A DNA stretch of 64,000 nt from Meyerozyma guilliermondii (lineage: Eukaryota), in NCBI GenBank assembly GCA_051546255.1, contig CP128816.1:1426001-1490000 (forward strand), written 5' to 3'. Of this stretch, positions 19,901 to 33,567 are shown one piece after another. Every line of letters begins with the position of its first letter. Position 1 is the stretch's first letter. A program made the position numbers and the translations under genes. The notes under the pieces were generated by a model that saw only the letters and a list, made by a program, of their open reading frames with translations, had not been told where the DNA came from and searched no databases.

Positions 19901-20422
19901 CTACTTGCGGTATTGCGGATAATACGTTCTAAACAACACAACATCCAACGCAACCAATCCTGTGATAATTGCCCCGTGTGTTGCAACCACCAACCGGTTT
20001 TCTGACCGGATACGATGTCTCTCCAAATACCCAATGTACCCAGCAACGGCACCTCCAATTCCTGCCAATACCTGTGCCACAACAACAGGATTTTGCAATT
20101 CATATTTGGCCCTGGTCACGTAGGCATCGTTGTTGACCCGATCAGCAGTTCTGGTCACAGATGATACCACACGGTTCCACAATTCCACCAAGAAGTTTTT
20201 GCCCCTTTCCTCGGCTTCATGAACCTCCTTCTTGAAGTCTTCCACCTGAGCGTCGGTGGGTTTGGCTTCATTTACCTTCTTCTTAATCTGATTGAATTTA
20301 TCCTCGGCAACCGTTTCAACGTTACCATGAGGTTTACCAGTAGTCTTGACTTCCTGGGGCTTTGAAAGTGGGTCAGGGTGGCCGGTAGGACCAGAAGATG
20401 AAGCAGCGTTAGCGTAAGACAT
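19901..20422 (-). CDS. OM14: Mitochondrial outer membrane protein Om14
   Basis: ELQNPVV motif followed by hydrophobic segments and an LD..L...YY..Y.K C-terminus as in Om14. Confidence 0.75.
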   Translation of the reverse strand: MSYANAASSSGPTGHPDPLSKPQEVKTTGKPHGNVETVAEDKFNQIKKKVNEAKPTDAQVEDFKKEVHEAEERGKNFLVELWNRVVSSVTRTADRVNNDAYVTRAKYELQNPVVVAQVLAGIGGAVAGYIGYLERHRIRSENRLVVATHGAIITGLVALDVVLFRTYYPQYRK

Positions 20423-20565
20423 ATTTAGTGAAGAAAATACTGGTTAATTGATTGCCCCCGGGTAGATTGCTGCGCGGTCGTGTGCGCCTGCATAGGGAGT
20501 AATCCCGGATTGCTATTGGTGTCGGGTTAAAGGCGCTGAGCGCTGAAGCCGTAGGCGGAAGCTCG

Positions 20566-20658
20566 TCACGTGCACACAGATAGAACTGGGTCACGAGAAG
20601 TATACATACAACCAAAAGTATATCACGTGATACTCCTACCGCCGTCACGCGCACGTGC
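20566..20658. promoter_or_regulatory. Cbf1-type E-boxes upstream of RPS2 (TCACGTG 20566-20572, TCACGTGA 20623-20630, GTCACGCGCACGTGC 20644-20658)
   Basis: Exact CACGTG matches. Cbf1 co-regulates ribosomal protein genes in C. albicans. Confidence 0.6.
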
Positions 20659-20758
20659 GCGCGCCTTCTGCGAGCCCTCGCGAAAATCTAATTTTTCACC
20701 ATTTTTCTTCATTGTCGATCGAAATCCACTCCCCCGGTTTTCCACGTAATATTCCGAC

Positions 20759-21514
20759 ATGTCTGCTCCTACTGAAGCCCCAAAGAGATCCTTCGGCCGC
20801 AACAACAAGCGTGGCGGCCCAAAGAGAGGAAGAAGAGATGAAGAGAAAGGCTGGACTCCTGTCACCAAATTAGGTAGATTGGTAAAGGCTGGTAAAATCA
20901 CTTCGATTGAAGAGATTTACTTGCACTCTTTGCCTGTCAAGGAGTACCAAATCATCGACCAATTGTTGCCTGAGTTGAAGGATGAGGTCATGAAGATCAG
21001 ATCTGTTCAAAAGCAAACCAGAGCTGGTCAAAGAACCAGAATGAAGGCTGTGGTTGTTATTGGTGACTCCAACGGTCACGTTGGTTTGGGTATCAAGACC
21101 GCCAAGGAAGTTGCTTCTGCTATTAAGGCTGCCATCATCATTGCTAAGTTGGCTATCATTCCTATTAGAAGAGGTTACTGGGGTACCAATTTGGGTGCTC
21201 CTCACTCTTTGCCAACCAAGGTGACTGGTAAGTGTGGATCTGTTCTTGTTAGATTGATTCCTGCTCCAAGAGGTAAGGGTATTGTTGCCTCTCCTGTTGT
21301 GAGAAAATTGATCCAATTGGCTGGTGTTGAAGATGTTTACACTACTTCTAATGGTTCTACCAGAACCACCGAGAACACCTTGAAGGCTACTTTTGCTGCC
21401 ATTGGTAACACTTACGCTTTCTTGACTCCTAACTTGTGGGCTCAAACTCCTTTGGCTCCATCTCCTTTGGAGGTTTACGCCGAGGAAGCTTCCGGTTCTA
21501 AGAGAAGATACTAG
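20759..21514 (+). CDS. RPS2: 40S ribosomal protein uS5 (S2)
   Basis: [30 protein letters not shown]; strongly biased codon usage. Confidence 0.98.
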   Translation: MSAPTEAPKRSFGRNNKRGGPKRGRRDEEKGWTPVTKLGRLVKAGKITSIEEIYLHSLPVKEYQIIDQLLPELKDEVMKIRSVQKQTRAGQRTRMKAVVVIGDSNGHVGLGIKTAKEVASAIKAAIIIAKLAIIPIRRGYWGTNLGAPHSLPTKVTGKCGSVLVRLIPAPRGKGIVASPVVRKLIQLAGVEDVYTTSNGSTRTTENTLKATFAAIGNTYAFLTPNLWAQTPLAPSPLEVYAEEASGSKRRY

Positions 21515-21524
21515 ATAATGTATA

Positions 21525-21625
21525 ATACTCTTTCGAGATGTAGAAATGGAGGCTAAATTCCAAATTGTGGAATATACTCTTTCGAAATGTAGAAAATGGA
21601 GGCTAGATTTTCACAAATGGTGGAT
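21525..21625 (+). repeat. Imperfect tandem duplication (~49 bp x2) in RPS2 3' flank
   Basis: ATACTCTTTCGAGATGTAGAAATGGAGGCTAAATT at 21525 vs ATACTCTTTCGAAATGTAGAAAATGGAGGCTAGATT at 21574. Confidence 0.85.
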
Positions 21626-21867
21626 ATAATTCAATATTCAATTTGAGTCTTTGGTTGGTTCTTCTTTTTACAGTTTTTCTCTACATCGTGATTTTTCATT
21701 ACCATTTGTCTTCGTTCATTACTCCTCACGGTTCTTTGCTCATTAACTTGTCTCATTATTCGTATCGTCTCTCATTACCATCACCCTTATTCTTCTCTAC
21801 ATTCTTCTTTATTTTTCTTTTCTTCTTTTTTTTTCTTATTTTCTTATTTTTCTTTAATATACATGGC

Positions 21868-23223
21868 CTACTCTTGTACGGCCTGTTCCATCACCTGATC
21901 ATCGGCAACAGCAAATGCCCGCTGGCTGGTTCCATCTTCCTTGGTCCATGTGTTGGACTGCACTTGACGTCCATCTGGATGTCTATACATACAATACTTG
22001 TTGGTGCATCCAGTTCCAAATCGACAATCCTCGTCAATTGGGTGCGAAAAGTAGCAGTACGGCTTGGTACAAGAAGCCCCATCACGACAAGGAACGACTG
22101 ATGTTGCGTGTCGACGTGGACAGTTGGCCTTTGTACAGTTGGCACCATACTTGCACTGCTCCAACAGAAGCTCCTTCGAAACCGGTGGAGGTCTTTGCTT
22201 GGGTTGAGGAGGAGGAGCTTGATAGTTTGGCGATGGATGTGCCTTGGCACACAGAGGATCCTGGCACCCTTTACCGGCTGGGCACCATTCGAGAACCATA
22301 ACCTTGGCCTCTTGATTGGCTGGGGTTGGATGGCCGAAAGGACACAATTCCTTGGAGCAAAGTATACCGAATTTGCAGATTCCAAGGGTGCCTGCCTTCT
22401 CCACAGGACGACTCTTGCGTTCCAAGTATTCTTTACGACTCTCGTCCAATTTAGCCATCAATTCGTCGTCCTCACCTGGATGCAAATAATTACATGTTCC
22501 TGGTGGATTTTTGCAATTTGGAAAAGAAAAGCAGATTTTTGTAGGATGGGCATAAGGGCAGTTTTTGTTTGAACAGTTGGGGAAATCCTTGCATCTTCCA
22601 AGCGCAGGTTTTTGTATAAACTGTTTCAAGTTCACATTAGCGTTACTTAAAGCCATTGCTTTTTCAAAATTGGCGGCATTCTGCGTGGCAAACGACCGCT
22701 TTGTGCCCTGGTGGGCTCCACGGCCCTTTCCAACGCCACCAACGCCACCACGGCCACGTCCGCGAATATTTTTCATACCTCGAGGGCCAGTTGGGAGTGA
22801 AGGGGCCATGTCCATGTCATCAAACTGCGCTCTTTCCAGCTCGTTCATCGGCTGTGATGCCTGTGGTTGATCCTGGGGCGGTTGCTGGGGTTGTTGCGGT
22901 TGCATCTGAGGCTGTTGTTGTATTTGAACCTGTTTTACTGGCTGCTGAGGTTGTTGATTTTGTGCTTGTTGCTGTTCTTGTTGTATCAACCGTTGTATCT
23001 CCATAAAGATGGTGTTAACAAACGCTTCATCGATTCCAATATCCACTATTTCTTTCACTTCCGACACAATCTCGGTGGCCGTTTTATGACTGCCGATCAA
23101 CACTATAATATAATCTGCCACATCTTCAGCATCGTCGGTCAACCCATACTTGTTGCCCAACTCCACTATTAAAGAAGCCTTCAACTGCTGGCCAACGGCA
23201 CTTTCGGCGTCAAACGATGGCAT
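21868..23223 (-). CDS. NAB2: Nuclear poly(A)-binding protein Nab2
   Basis: PWI-like N-terminus (DVADYIIVLI), Q-rich region, RGG box, seven CCCH fingers; convergent with RPS2 as YGL122C/YGL123W. Confidence 0.93.
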   Translation of the reverse strand: MPSFDAESAVGQQLKASLIVELGNKYGLTDDAEDVADYIIVLIGSHKTATEIVSEVKEIVDIGIDEAFVNTIFMEIQRLIQQEQQQAQNQQPQQPVKQVQIQQQPQMQPQQPQQPPQDQPQASQPMNELERAQFDDMDMAPSLPTGPRGMKNIRGRGRGGVGGVGKGRGAHQGTKRSFATQNAANFEKAMALSNANVNLKQFIQKPALGRCKDFPNCSNKNCPYAHPTKICFSFPNCKNPPGTCNYLHPGEDDELMAKLDESRKEYLERKSRPVEKAGTLGICKFGILCSKELCPFGHPTPANQEAKVMVLEWCPAGKGCQDPLCAKAHPSPNYQAPPPQPKQRPPPVSKELLLEQCKYGANCTKANCPRRHATSVVPCRDGASCTKPYCYFSHPIDEDCRFGTGCTNKYCMYRHPDGRQVQSNTWTKEDGTSQRAFAVADDQVMEQAVQE

Positions 23224-23337
23224 ATTGCTAGAAGAGTTTGGCCACAGGAAAAAATCTAATCAGATATCACGTGCGGTGGCTGGGTGTAAACAGATGCAGT
23301 ACCTCAACTAATCTGCAACATTTGCAACATTTGCAGC

Positions 23338-26300
23338 TCACACCAACTGGAGCACTTCGTCGGTGATGGTCTGGCCCACCAATTGTTGCACGAGAACAAT
23401 GATATTGTCTAGTTCCATGGTGATAGTCGAGGCCACCAAAATGTAAGAATACAAAAGAACATAGTCACTATTCTTGAGTTTGAGCTGCGAATCTGATAAC
23501 GAATTTATTCGAATTTCGCTGAGTTTGTGAAGCATGCGGTCGTGTGCGTGTTCTGTGGACGCTGGTTTGGACGGTGGTGGAAGCCCGAGCTTGATGGAGC
23601 TGGCAAGCATGAAAAAAATCAAGTAGATTCGATGTTGAAGTTCTTGCAATTCTTGCTGGATATAATCCAAAACGTACACTTCATTTTCTGTGGGTTGTGG
23701 TTCTGCCATTATCATGATATGGATGTTCTCAAACGCGTTCAAGATTGAAGATGTATGGCGAAGAAGACCCTCGTATGTTTGCTTGGGAAATGTGCCTTTA
23801 AGTCTGAATTCGATGGGCGCTTGTTTGAGTAGCGTCTCACATTCTCCAAGCAATTTGGCCATACCCTTTATATCCTTGAGTCCCACTAGTGTCCGCAGAC
23901 ACACCCCATTGGTCACTTCTTCCGTCAATCCTAGCGGACCACAGTCCCACATTATTCCCATTCTGAGCCAAAGTAAGGTGATTGCAGACTTTAATCGAGA
24001 ACGAGCGCTATTGGGCAAGAAGCAAGAAGCCATTATTAGTGCCCAAAGCACTCCTCCAGATACAGAAATGAATCTGTGGAAGGCTATTTCTCCCACAATG
24101 GGATCTTCTCCACCTTCTTGACCGTCTTCGGAATCATGTTGCAACATTCCGTATGAGTACAATGCAGTTAAATTGTACGTTAAGAGAATAAACCGTCCAA
24201 ACGGATTGTTCTTTTTCCAGAACTGGATGATATAGAAGCTTGGAAGAGAGATCAAAAACCCAATAAATGCTAGCGCATAACCATTGGCTTCGGAAATCAT
24301 CCACACGAGATACGCAGAACATGCGCCCAAAAATGTTCCAATAAACCTCCATTTAACAGTCATGGTTGTTCCTCCCAAAGACTTGTTCATCATAATGCAA
24401 TATATCGTCAAAGACCATTCTCCCCGCCAGTTTATGAACTTTTGTTTCGTTGGAGGATAAAATGCTAAAAGCGAGAGAACAAACGCACCAAGTCCTACCC
24501 GAATTCCAAACTGAACCTCGACTCGTTTAAACGCTCGAAACCAGCTCCAGAAGTAGTATCCCCATCTACTTTCATTTTCCTCACCAGCAGGAACGCTGTA
24601 GTTCAACCGCTGTTCTAGAACATCCATGAACGATACCGTACTATTTCCACCTTTTTCCAAGCTCCACAGCTGTCTAATCCAGCTCCAGCTTCGAGGTCCC
24701 GTTCTTGACTCTTCGTAGGTCTGCGTCACCACCAAAAAGTCCTGAAGTTCCCGGGCAAATAATGTCAAAATCGAAGCAAAATTTCCACAGCACGCCGTCA
24801 CTTCTTCAACGTTGGTCCTGAAAAGATAACTTTGAGACGACTTGAACACATCCTGCGAGTATATACGCTCAAAAGATGCTTGCTGCTTGTCCTCGAACAA
24901 GGCAACGGCGCTGCGAAGCGAGTGCTGGTAGTTGACGGTATTGGTGAATCTTGTGTCTGTATCTTCATGAAAATCCTCGAAAGGAACCTCGCTCAAAATG
25001 CTTTTGATGGTGAAAAGAAACGACTTTGTAGATGGTGCCAAAGTATGAACAAAAAGCTCAAATAATTGGGTTGAGTCCATCACTTCGTCGGTCGAGGTTC
25101 CCCCAGATTTCGATGGCATTTCCGAGATTCTGTAGCTTGTCAAACTTGCGACCGCCAGCGGCTGGTTGGAGTCGTGAAGGAGCTCCCATTGCATTTCGTT
25201 GGAGCTTCGCAAAGCCTGCAAATGACGGGCCAAAGCTATGGTTTTGGTGACTAGCTGGTTGAGCACTTTCCATTCTAATTCTCTTCCCAATGCGAAAAGC
25301 TCGTACCTGCTTTCTTCTAGTGAGGTGTTGAGCAGGGAAATGTTCTTCTTGAGCAAATCAAACATATCGGAGTCTTTTTTGGTGAATTTTCCACACGACA
25401 AAAACCGATTGGTGACTATTGAAAGAAGCGACGACATGATATTGTACGAGTCGTTGAGGTGCGAACGAAGCTCGTCTGTGGCACTCACGGGCCAGATGAT
25501 ATAGCAAACAAGAACTGATATGGCACATCCTACGAGAACGACTCGAAGGGTGGAAGTGAGTCTCTCAATGGGGATATTTGCAGCATTCATACTTCCTTCC
25601 TTCACGATACAAGCAACAATTGCAATTGAGGCGAGGGAGCAAGCCGTGTTGAACGTCTGTTTGTTCACCTTTTGTTTCATATAGGCCACTATACCCAAAG
25701 ATACCGAGCTCACCACCAAGTCAATGGAGTATGAAACTTCATCTTGGCCCGAATTAAAGAAACTATGGGACACCATACGGCATGCAAAGGATACCAGAAA
25801 GCTAAATAGCAACGAAACAACCACAAATAAGAGGGTTTGGTGCATCGAACCCTTGGATCTCAGCGGATGGAAGTAGACTGCGACAGTAGCAACGAGATGT
25901 TTGGAGTCTGATTTTCCAAGGATCAGATCAAAACGGCCCCAGTACACGGCTAGAGACGCTATGGTATATGCTATTGAGCATTTAAGCACTTTTCGGCACA
26001 TTTCGTTGTCATAGTATGTCTTTATTTGCTGGGTATACGTGCTCCACGAAGAGTTTTGTTCATTTCCGTCAGCCAAAAACAGCTCTTCACCATTCATATT
26101 GAAACTTTGGAAGTTGGAGTTGGTAAACGACATCGACCGCTGGACTCGTTCTCCGGTTTCGGGAAGAATGACCGAATTGTGTCGCTGAAAAGTCCAGTTT
26201 CTTTTATTGAGAGGCGTATTTTCGTCACTTGTAGAAACGTCATCGTCCCCTAAAGGTTCATAGAGATTACTCGGGCTGCCAGGAACATCATTGGATGACG

Positions 26301-26346
26301 AATGAGCCTCGGAAGGCGTTGGCGGCTCGACACTGTGTTCCAGCAT
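23338..26346 (-). CDS. Polytopic membrane protein, FUSC/aromatic-acid-exporter (ArAE)-like family
   Basis: Two hydrophobic blocks (KCSIAYTIASL..VAVYFHP; FGIRVGLGA..WRGEW..WRFIGTFLG..PSFYII..GRFILLTYN..AFHRFISV). First in-frame ATG giving a plausible N-terminus is 26346. Confidence 0.75.
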   Translation of the reverse strand: MLEHSVEPPTPSEAHSSSNDVPGSPSNLYEPLGDDDVSTSDENTPLNKRNWTFQRHNSVILPETGERVQRSMSFTNSNFQSFNMNGEELFLADGNEQNSSWSTYTQQIKTYYDNEMCRKVLKCSIAYTIASLAVYWGRFDLILGKSDSKHLVATVAVYFHPLRSKGSMHQTLLFVVVSLLFSFLVSFACRMVSHSFFNSGQDEVSYSIDLVVSSVSLGIVAYMKQKVNKQTFNTACSLASIAIVACIVKEGSMNAANIPIERLTSTLRVVLVGCAISVLVCYIIWPVSATDELRSHLNDSYNIMSSLLSIVTNRFLSCGKFTKKDSDMFDLLKKNISLLNTSLEESRYELFALGRELEWKVLNQLVTKTIALARHLQALRSSNEMQWELLHDSNQPLAVASLTSYRISEMPSKSGGTSTDEVMDSTQLFELFVHTLAPSTKSFLFTIKSILSEVPFEDFHEDTDTRFTNTVNYQHSLRSAVALFEDKQQASFERIYSQDVFKSSQSYLFRTNVEEVTACCGNFASILTLFARELQDFLVVTQTYEESRTGPRSWSWIRQLWSLEKGGNSTVSFMDVLEQRLNYSVPAGEENESRWGYYFWSWFRAFKRVEVQFGIRVGLGAFVLSLLAFYPPTKQKFINWRGEWSLTIYCIMMNKSLGGTTMTVKWRFIGTFLGACSAYLVWMISEANGYALAFIGFLISLPSFYIIQFWKKNNPFGRFILLTYNLTALYSYGMLQHDSEDGQEGGEDPIVGEIAFHRFISVSGGVLWALIMASCFLPNSARSRLKSAITLLWLRMGIMWDCGPLGLTEEVTNGVCLRTLVGLKDIKGMAKLLGECETLLKQAPIEFRLKGTFPKQTYEGLLRHTSSILNAFENIHIMIMAEPQPTENEVYVLDYIQQELQELQHRIYLIFFMLASSIKLGLPPPSKPASTEHAHDRMLHKLSEIRINSLSDSQLKLKNSDYVLLYSYILVASTITMELDNIIVLVQQLVGQTITDEVLQLV

Positions 26347-26643
26347 ATAACCCTTCTGGTTATCACGAAAAGCGATGCAGGAAAGTTCACGGCCTGCAGA
26401 TAAGAGAGAAGATAAGAGTCGAATTGAAGAAGCAAGAACTAGTTTTATATAAAAATGTATTTTGGAAAATTTGTACCCAGTTGTCAATTCCATTCCTCGA
26501 ATCATTTTCTTGAAATTAATTTGCAACTTTTACTTCATTCTGCTCATTTTACTCATTCTATTTTGTATTCCATCACTATTCATTGTAGTCGTATTCCATA
26601 CCTATTATCTATTGTCGTATTCTATTAGTGGTCGTGAACTACC

Positions 26644-28311
26644 TTATTCGTAGCCAATTATGTCGCGGAACAAGTCCTCGCATGGAACTGTTGCTTGCAA
26701 ACGAGCACAGAGCAAAAATACTCCACTCAACTTGCGGTGCAATGAGTATGTTTCCTCGGGAGGAGGTGTAAGTCTGTCGCTCAACATCACGCCGATGTTG
26801 TCCTTGACTCTGTCGGTGATGGTTTGTTTGCTGAAATCGAATGGTTGGCCCTTGTTGTTAACTGGTGAGAAAGCTTCTCCAAGTACCATAACCGAGTCAA
26901 TATGAGCATTTGTCATTTGCGGCGATTCGAGTCCTGTCAAGTATCCGAGCTCTTTCGAATAGTGTTGTACAGAATCACGATCCTTGCGTACGGCAGCACG
27001 CAAAACCTGGACATAGTCTTCCACGAACTTGGAGCTAAAGTCTCTAGCAGCTCCCAAATCCAAAAGCTCAATCTTGCCAGTCTCATCGTTGTACAAGAAA
27101 TTGGCCCAGTTGGGGTCGGTTTGCATAAACTTGTACTCCTTGATTTCAAGCAAACACAATCTCATGATGTTCAGGGCGATCCAGTTGCGAGTTTCCTGGT
27201 CCCAATTGCCCTTGACAATCTCTGTTCCTGTCATTCTTTCCATGGTCAAAACGTGCTCTCCACAAAGTTCATGGAGCACTTTTGGAACCGCAAACACCTC
27301 GTCATCCGAAAGAATATCACGGTACCGGATCAAATTCTGAGCTTCCCGAATATAATCGCATTCCCATTTGAGCTCAGTTCTGGCATTGGCTATGGTCTTG
27401 TCCAAGAACAACCCAGCTGGAAGAATGGAGGAGGCCGTCAACAACATGAGCAAGTTATTGAGATCGCTATCAATACTAGTAGCCACACCAGGATACTGTA
27501 CCTTCACCACCACTGGAGTAAGATCTTTTGTGACTGCTGTGTGCACCTGGCCGATCGAAGCAGCTGCAATGGGAACATCATCAAAAGAAGCAAAAAGACG
27601 CAGTCTCCAATTATCACCCAAATCCCGCAGCATTACTCTCTCAAGTTGGCCCGGAGGCATGTAATGAGCCAGGTTTTGCACACGCAAAAGAACCTGTTGG
27701 ATCTCAGCAGGTAGTATCAGCAGGTCCTGGAACGATAACATTTGACCTACTTTCAACGCAGCACCACGCATTTTGGAGAATTTGGTAGCCATTCGTTCGA
27801 TATTTTGTGGAGAAAGCAAGAGTGATTTCACACTCAACGACGATTTGTTTCCGGAAGCATAATGTTTGAGACCCTGGGTGGCGGCTCCTAATCCCATTCC
27901 TGCCGCTAGCGAGCCGTAATGAAAAATTCTCGCTAATCTGGTGCTGGGTACTTCACTGCTGGAAAGTGGATTTGTGGGTTTTTCCTTGGTTCCAACCACT
28001 TTTGATTCTTCTGGTCCTTCAACATACCCCGACGACGAGGTGAAGGATTTGGTTGAGTAGTGGCGCTTTTGAGTTTTCTGGGTTGATTTAGGTTTTTTGG
28101 GACGACCAGCAACCGCATTTTGGCGAGCTTGCGCCAGCTTTTCTTGAGCTTCAGACCACATTGAAGCTGACAGGTCACAAAATTGTACAACTTGCGACAC
28201 GTTTCTCGAAGCTAGCACCCTCGACAAGTCGCGCAGCATGACTTCGGCGGTTTTGCTGGCGACAGTACATGCTGACGATGCAATGACAGCAAGTTGGTAC
28301 GCAACAGACAT
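26644..28311 (-). CDS. COQ8: ABC1/UbiB atypical kinase, coenzyme Q biosynthesis
   Basis: KMRGAALKVGQ (KxGQ), PIAAASIGQVH, VKVQYPGV, MQTDPNWANF, PPPEETYSLHRK. Confidence 0.96.
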   Translation of the reverse strand: MSVAYQLAVIASSACTVASKTAEVMLRDLSRVLASRNVSQVVQFCDLSASMWSEAQEKLAQARQNAVAGRPKKPKSTQKTQKRHYSTKSFTSSSGYVEGPEESKVVGTKEKPTNPLSSSEVPSTRLARIFHYGSLAAGMGLGAATQGLKHYASGNKSSLSVKSLLLSPQNIERMATKFSKMRGAALKVGQMLSFQDLLILPAEIQQVLLRVQNLAHYMPPGQLERVMLRDLGDNWRLRLFASFDDVPIAAASIGQVHTAVTKDLTPVVVKVQYPGVATSIDSDLNNLLMLLTASSILPAGLFLDKTIANARTELKWECDYIREAQNLIRYRDILSDDEVFAVPKVLHELCGEHVLTMERMTGTEIVKGNWDQETRNWIALNIMRLCLLEIKEYKFMQTDPNWANFLYNDETGKIELLDLGAARDFSSKFVEDYVQVLRAAVRKDRDSVQHYSKELGYLTGLESPQMTNAHIDSVMVLGEAFSPVNNKGQPFDFSKQTITDRVKDNIGVMLSDRLTPPPEETYSLHRKLSGVFLLCARLQATVPCEDLFRDIIGYE

Positions 28312-28652
28312 ACTCAGTTTGAACTATTGTACCTGTACTTTTGAAGAATCTTGTAGTATCCTTGTAGTATCCCTTGTACTGTAACTTTACTATTCCTGTA
28401 ACTTTTAGCACGATATGTATACCAAACAAGAAAAGCAACTAAACAGCAACAACGTGTAGAAAAAGTAAACTTAATCAGATGCAACGAGCAAGTGGATTTT
28501 GCGAAGACCCGAGCGGTTGTATGCAGTACCCAGAAATTCCAGGGTAAAAACTACTGTAGAAATGAATACTTTTGGAGCAGAATTAGATTCCAGCTTGAAC
28601 TGGGTACCATGTATCTTTTTTTGTTCTAGGGTGTGCACTTTTTCGCTGGTGA

Positions 28653-31073
<2,421 letters not shown>

Positions 31074-31174
31074 TGGCTGCAAATTTTATCAGTAGTGAGC
31101 AGCATCAGCGTGCGCGCCGCACTGGTGGTTGGCTGGGTCGCGCACGCTCGTACGCGATTCAAATTAGACGGTAA

Positions 31175-31765
<591 letters not shown>

Positions 31766-32028
31766 TGTATAATACCGACGACAGAACAGAGAGTAAATGA
31801 GAGAACAAAAGAGACTAAGTGATAGAGGAGAAAAGGACTAAATTAGAAGAAAAGAGTGAATTATACGAGTCCGTGACCATTATGTCCGTGACCATTATAT
31901 TCGTGAAATCACTTACCTCTCCAGATCTAATAATTCACTTCTGCCCCACCTCATCGCCCCCGCATTCGCACTAAATTCATATCTTTAAAGTTCACTATCC
32001 ATCTTATCTGAATTTCTTCTACTTCTTT

Positions 32029-32739
32029 TTACCTCAGCTGCTCGCTCACCTCGCCGCTCTCATCCCCAAAGTACGCCGTATGAGCCATATCCACAAATAA
32101 CCCCGTTTCCACAACCCCCACCAAAAGCTTGATTTGCTGGTGGAGGCTTCCAGGGTCAGAAATCGAGCCAAAATCAGCATCTATAAGAAAATTATTGTTG
32201 TCAGTAACCACCGGTCCCGCTTTGGCTCCTCCTCCTTGGCGGAGCACCACGGATTTTGCACCCAATTCCTTGAGTTGTCTGGTCACCACAGCATACGAAT
32301 TGGGCACCACTTCAATTGGTACCCCCTTACGCCACGCAATCCCCAAATCGCTGGGTGACTTTTTTCTGGTGTCTGCAACCACAATGAATTTGTCAGCCGA
32401 ACTTGCAACTAACTTTTCTTGAAATAAACAGGCGCCACCTCCCTTAATGAGATTGAGGTTTGTGTCCACTTCGTCGGCGCCATCAAAGGCAATGTCCACC
32501 TTGGGAAACTGCTCAATGGCCCCCAAAGTCAACCCATTATCTATAATGAGTTGTTTTGATTGAAATCCAGTGGAAATACATACAAAATCATGCTTATTTT
32601 TCAACTGGCCAATTCGCTCAGCAACATAAACCACAGTGGATCCCGAGCCAATTCCTACAACCTTGGCATGGGGAGGAAAGTTGGCGTCCACTGCTTTATA
32701 CGCAGCCATACGTTTAGCATGCTCAATTCCGGAACTCAT
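32029..32739 (-). CDS. RKI1: Ribose-5-phosphate isomerase A
   Basis: [27 protein letters not shown]. Start taken at ATG 32739; an in-frame upstream ATG exists at 32772. Confidence 0.95.
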   Translation of the reverse strand: MSSGIEHAKRMAAYKAVDANFPPHAKVVGIGSGSTVVYVAERIGQLKNKHDFVCISTGFQSKQLIIDNGLTLGAIEQFPKVDIAFDGADEVDTNLNLIKGGGACLFQEKLVASSADKFIVVADTRKKSPSDLGIAWRKGVPIEVVPNSYAVVTRQLKELGAKSVVLRQGGGAKAGPVVTDNNNFLIDADFGSISDPGSLHQQIKLLVGVVETGLFVDMAHTAYFGDESGEVSEQLR

Positions 32740-32940
32740 GATGCGGGAGAAGCGGACAAATGTGGGGAGCATGAACCGCGATGAGTCCTGCAGGGAGCCA
32801 CCTCTTCCAGTGTGGTGGTGGGTGTGCTTACTGCATATTGTTTATGGGTATAGGTCTCTCGAAAGCAGTCACGCGCACGTGCACCAACTCTTTTCTCACC
32901 GCTGCGAAAAATTTCCATTCATTCGTTCATCACTAACATC

Positions 32941-33507
32941 ATGTCTGCTAGCAACAAGATTCTTTCTGAGAAGCCATCCGAGTTGGAATTGCAGGTGGCC
33001 CAGGCCTTCGTTGACCTTGAACAACAGTCCGACCTCAAGGCTGAGTTGAGACCTTTGCAATTCAAGTCCGTCAGAGAAGTCGAAGTTAACGGTGGAAAAA
33101 AGGCTTTGGCCATCTTTGTGCCATGCCCATCTTTGATTGCCTACAGAAAGGTGCAAACTAGATTAACCAGAGAGTTGGAGAAGAAGTTCCCCGACCGTCA
33201 CGTTGTGTTCTTGGCCGAGAGAAGAATCTTGCCAAAGCCTTCCAGAACATCGAGACAATTGCAAAAGAGACCAAGATCCAGAACTTTGACTGCTGTCCAC
33301 GACAAGCTCTTGGAGGACTTGGTTTTCCCTACTGAGATTGTTGGTAAGAGAGTCAGATACTTGGTTGGTGGTAACAAGATCCACAAGGTGTTGTTGGACT
33401 CCAAGGACTCCACTGCCGTCGACTACAAGTTGGACTCCTTTGCACAATTATACACCAAATTGACTGGTAAGCAGGTTGTTTTTGAAATCCCCGGTGAAGT
33501 TTACTAA
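32941..33507 (+). CDS. RPS7: 40S ribosomal protein eS7, uninterrupted ORF
   Basis: [33 protein letters not shown]; biased codons. Confidence 0.98.
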   Translation: MSASNKILSEKPSELELQVAQAFVDLEQQSDLKAELRPLQFKSVREVEVNGGKKALAIFVPCPSLIAYRKVQTRLTRELEKKFPDRHVVFLAERRILPKPSRTSRQLQKRPRSRTLTAVHDKLLEDLVFPTEIVGKRVRYLVGGNKIHKVLLDSKDSTAVDYKLDSFAQLYTKLTGKQVVFEIPGEVY

Positions 33508-33567
33508 ACTCTGTGAATTAGTCCTAATAGCTGAATACATCATACGAATACTGATTTGTACTGGTCT

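Noticed and set aside
20870..21445. 191-aa ORF antisense to RPS2 (and similar ones over RPS7 and POX18)
   Set aside because: Expected by-product of strong codon bias in highly expressed genes.
21643..22101. 152-aa hydrophobic ORF between RPS2 and NAB2
   Set aside because: Arises from a T/C-rich terminator tract, starts at TTG and overlaps NAB2 antisense.
26347..26526. N-terminal extensions in the ORF track (also 35792, 46981, 47069, 57747, 63329, 3817, 28707, 31175)
   Set aside because: They begin at TTG/GTG-type codons in a eukaryote, and downstream ATGs match family N-termini.
28525..28608. GTACCCAG...CTGGGTAC inverted repeat between COQ8 and PRP43 as a possible snoRNA/ncRNA
   Set aside because: Only an 8-bp stem; no convincing C/D or H/ACA box set found.
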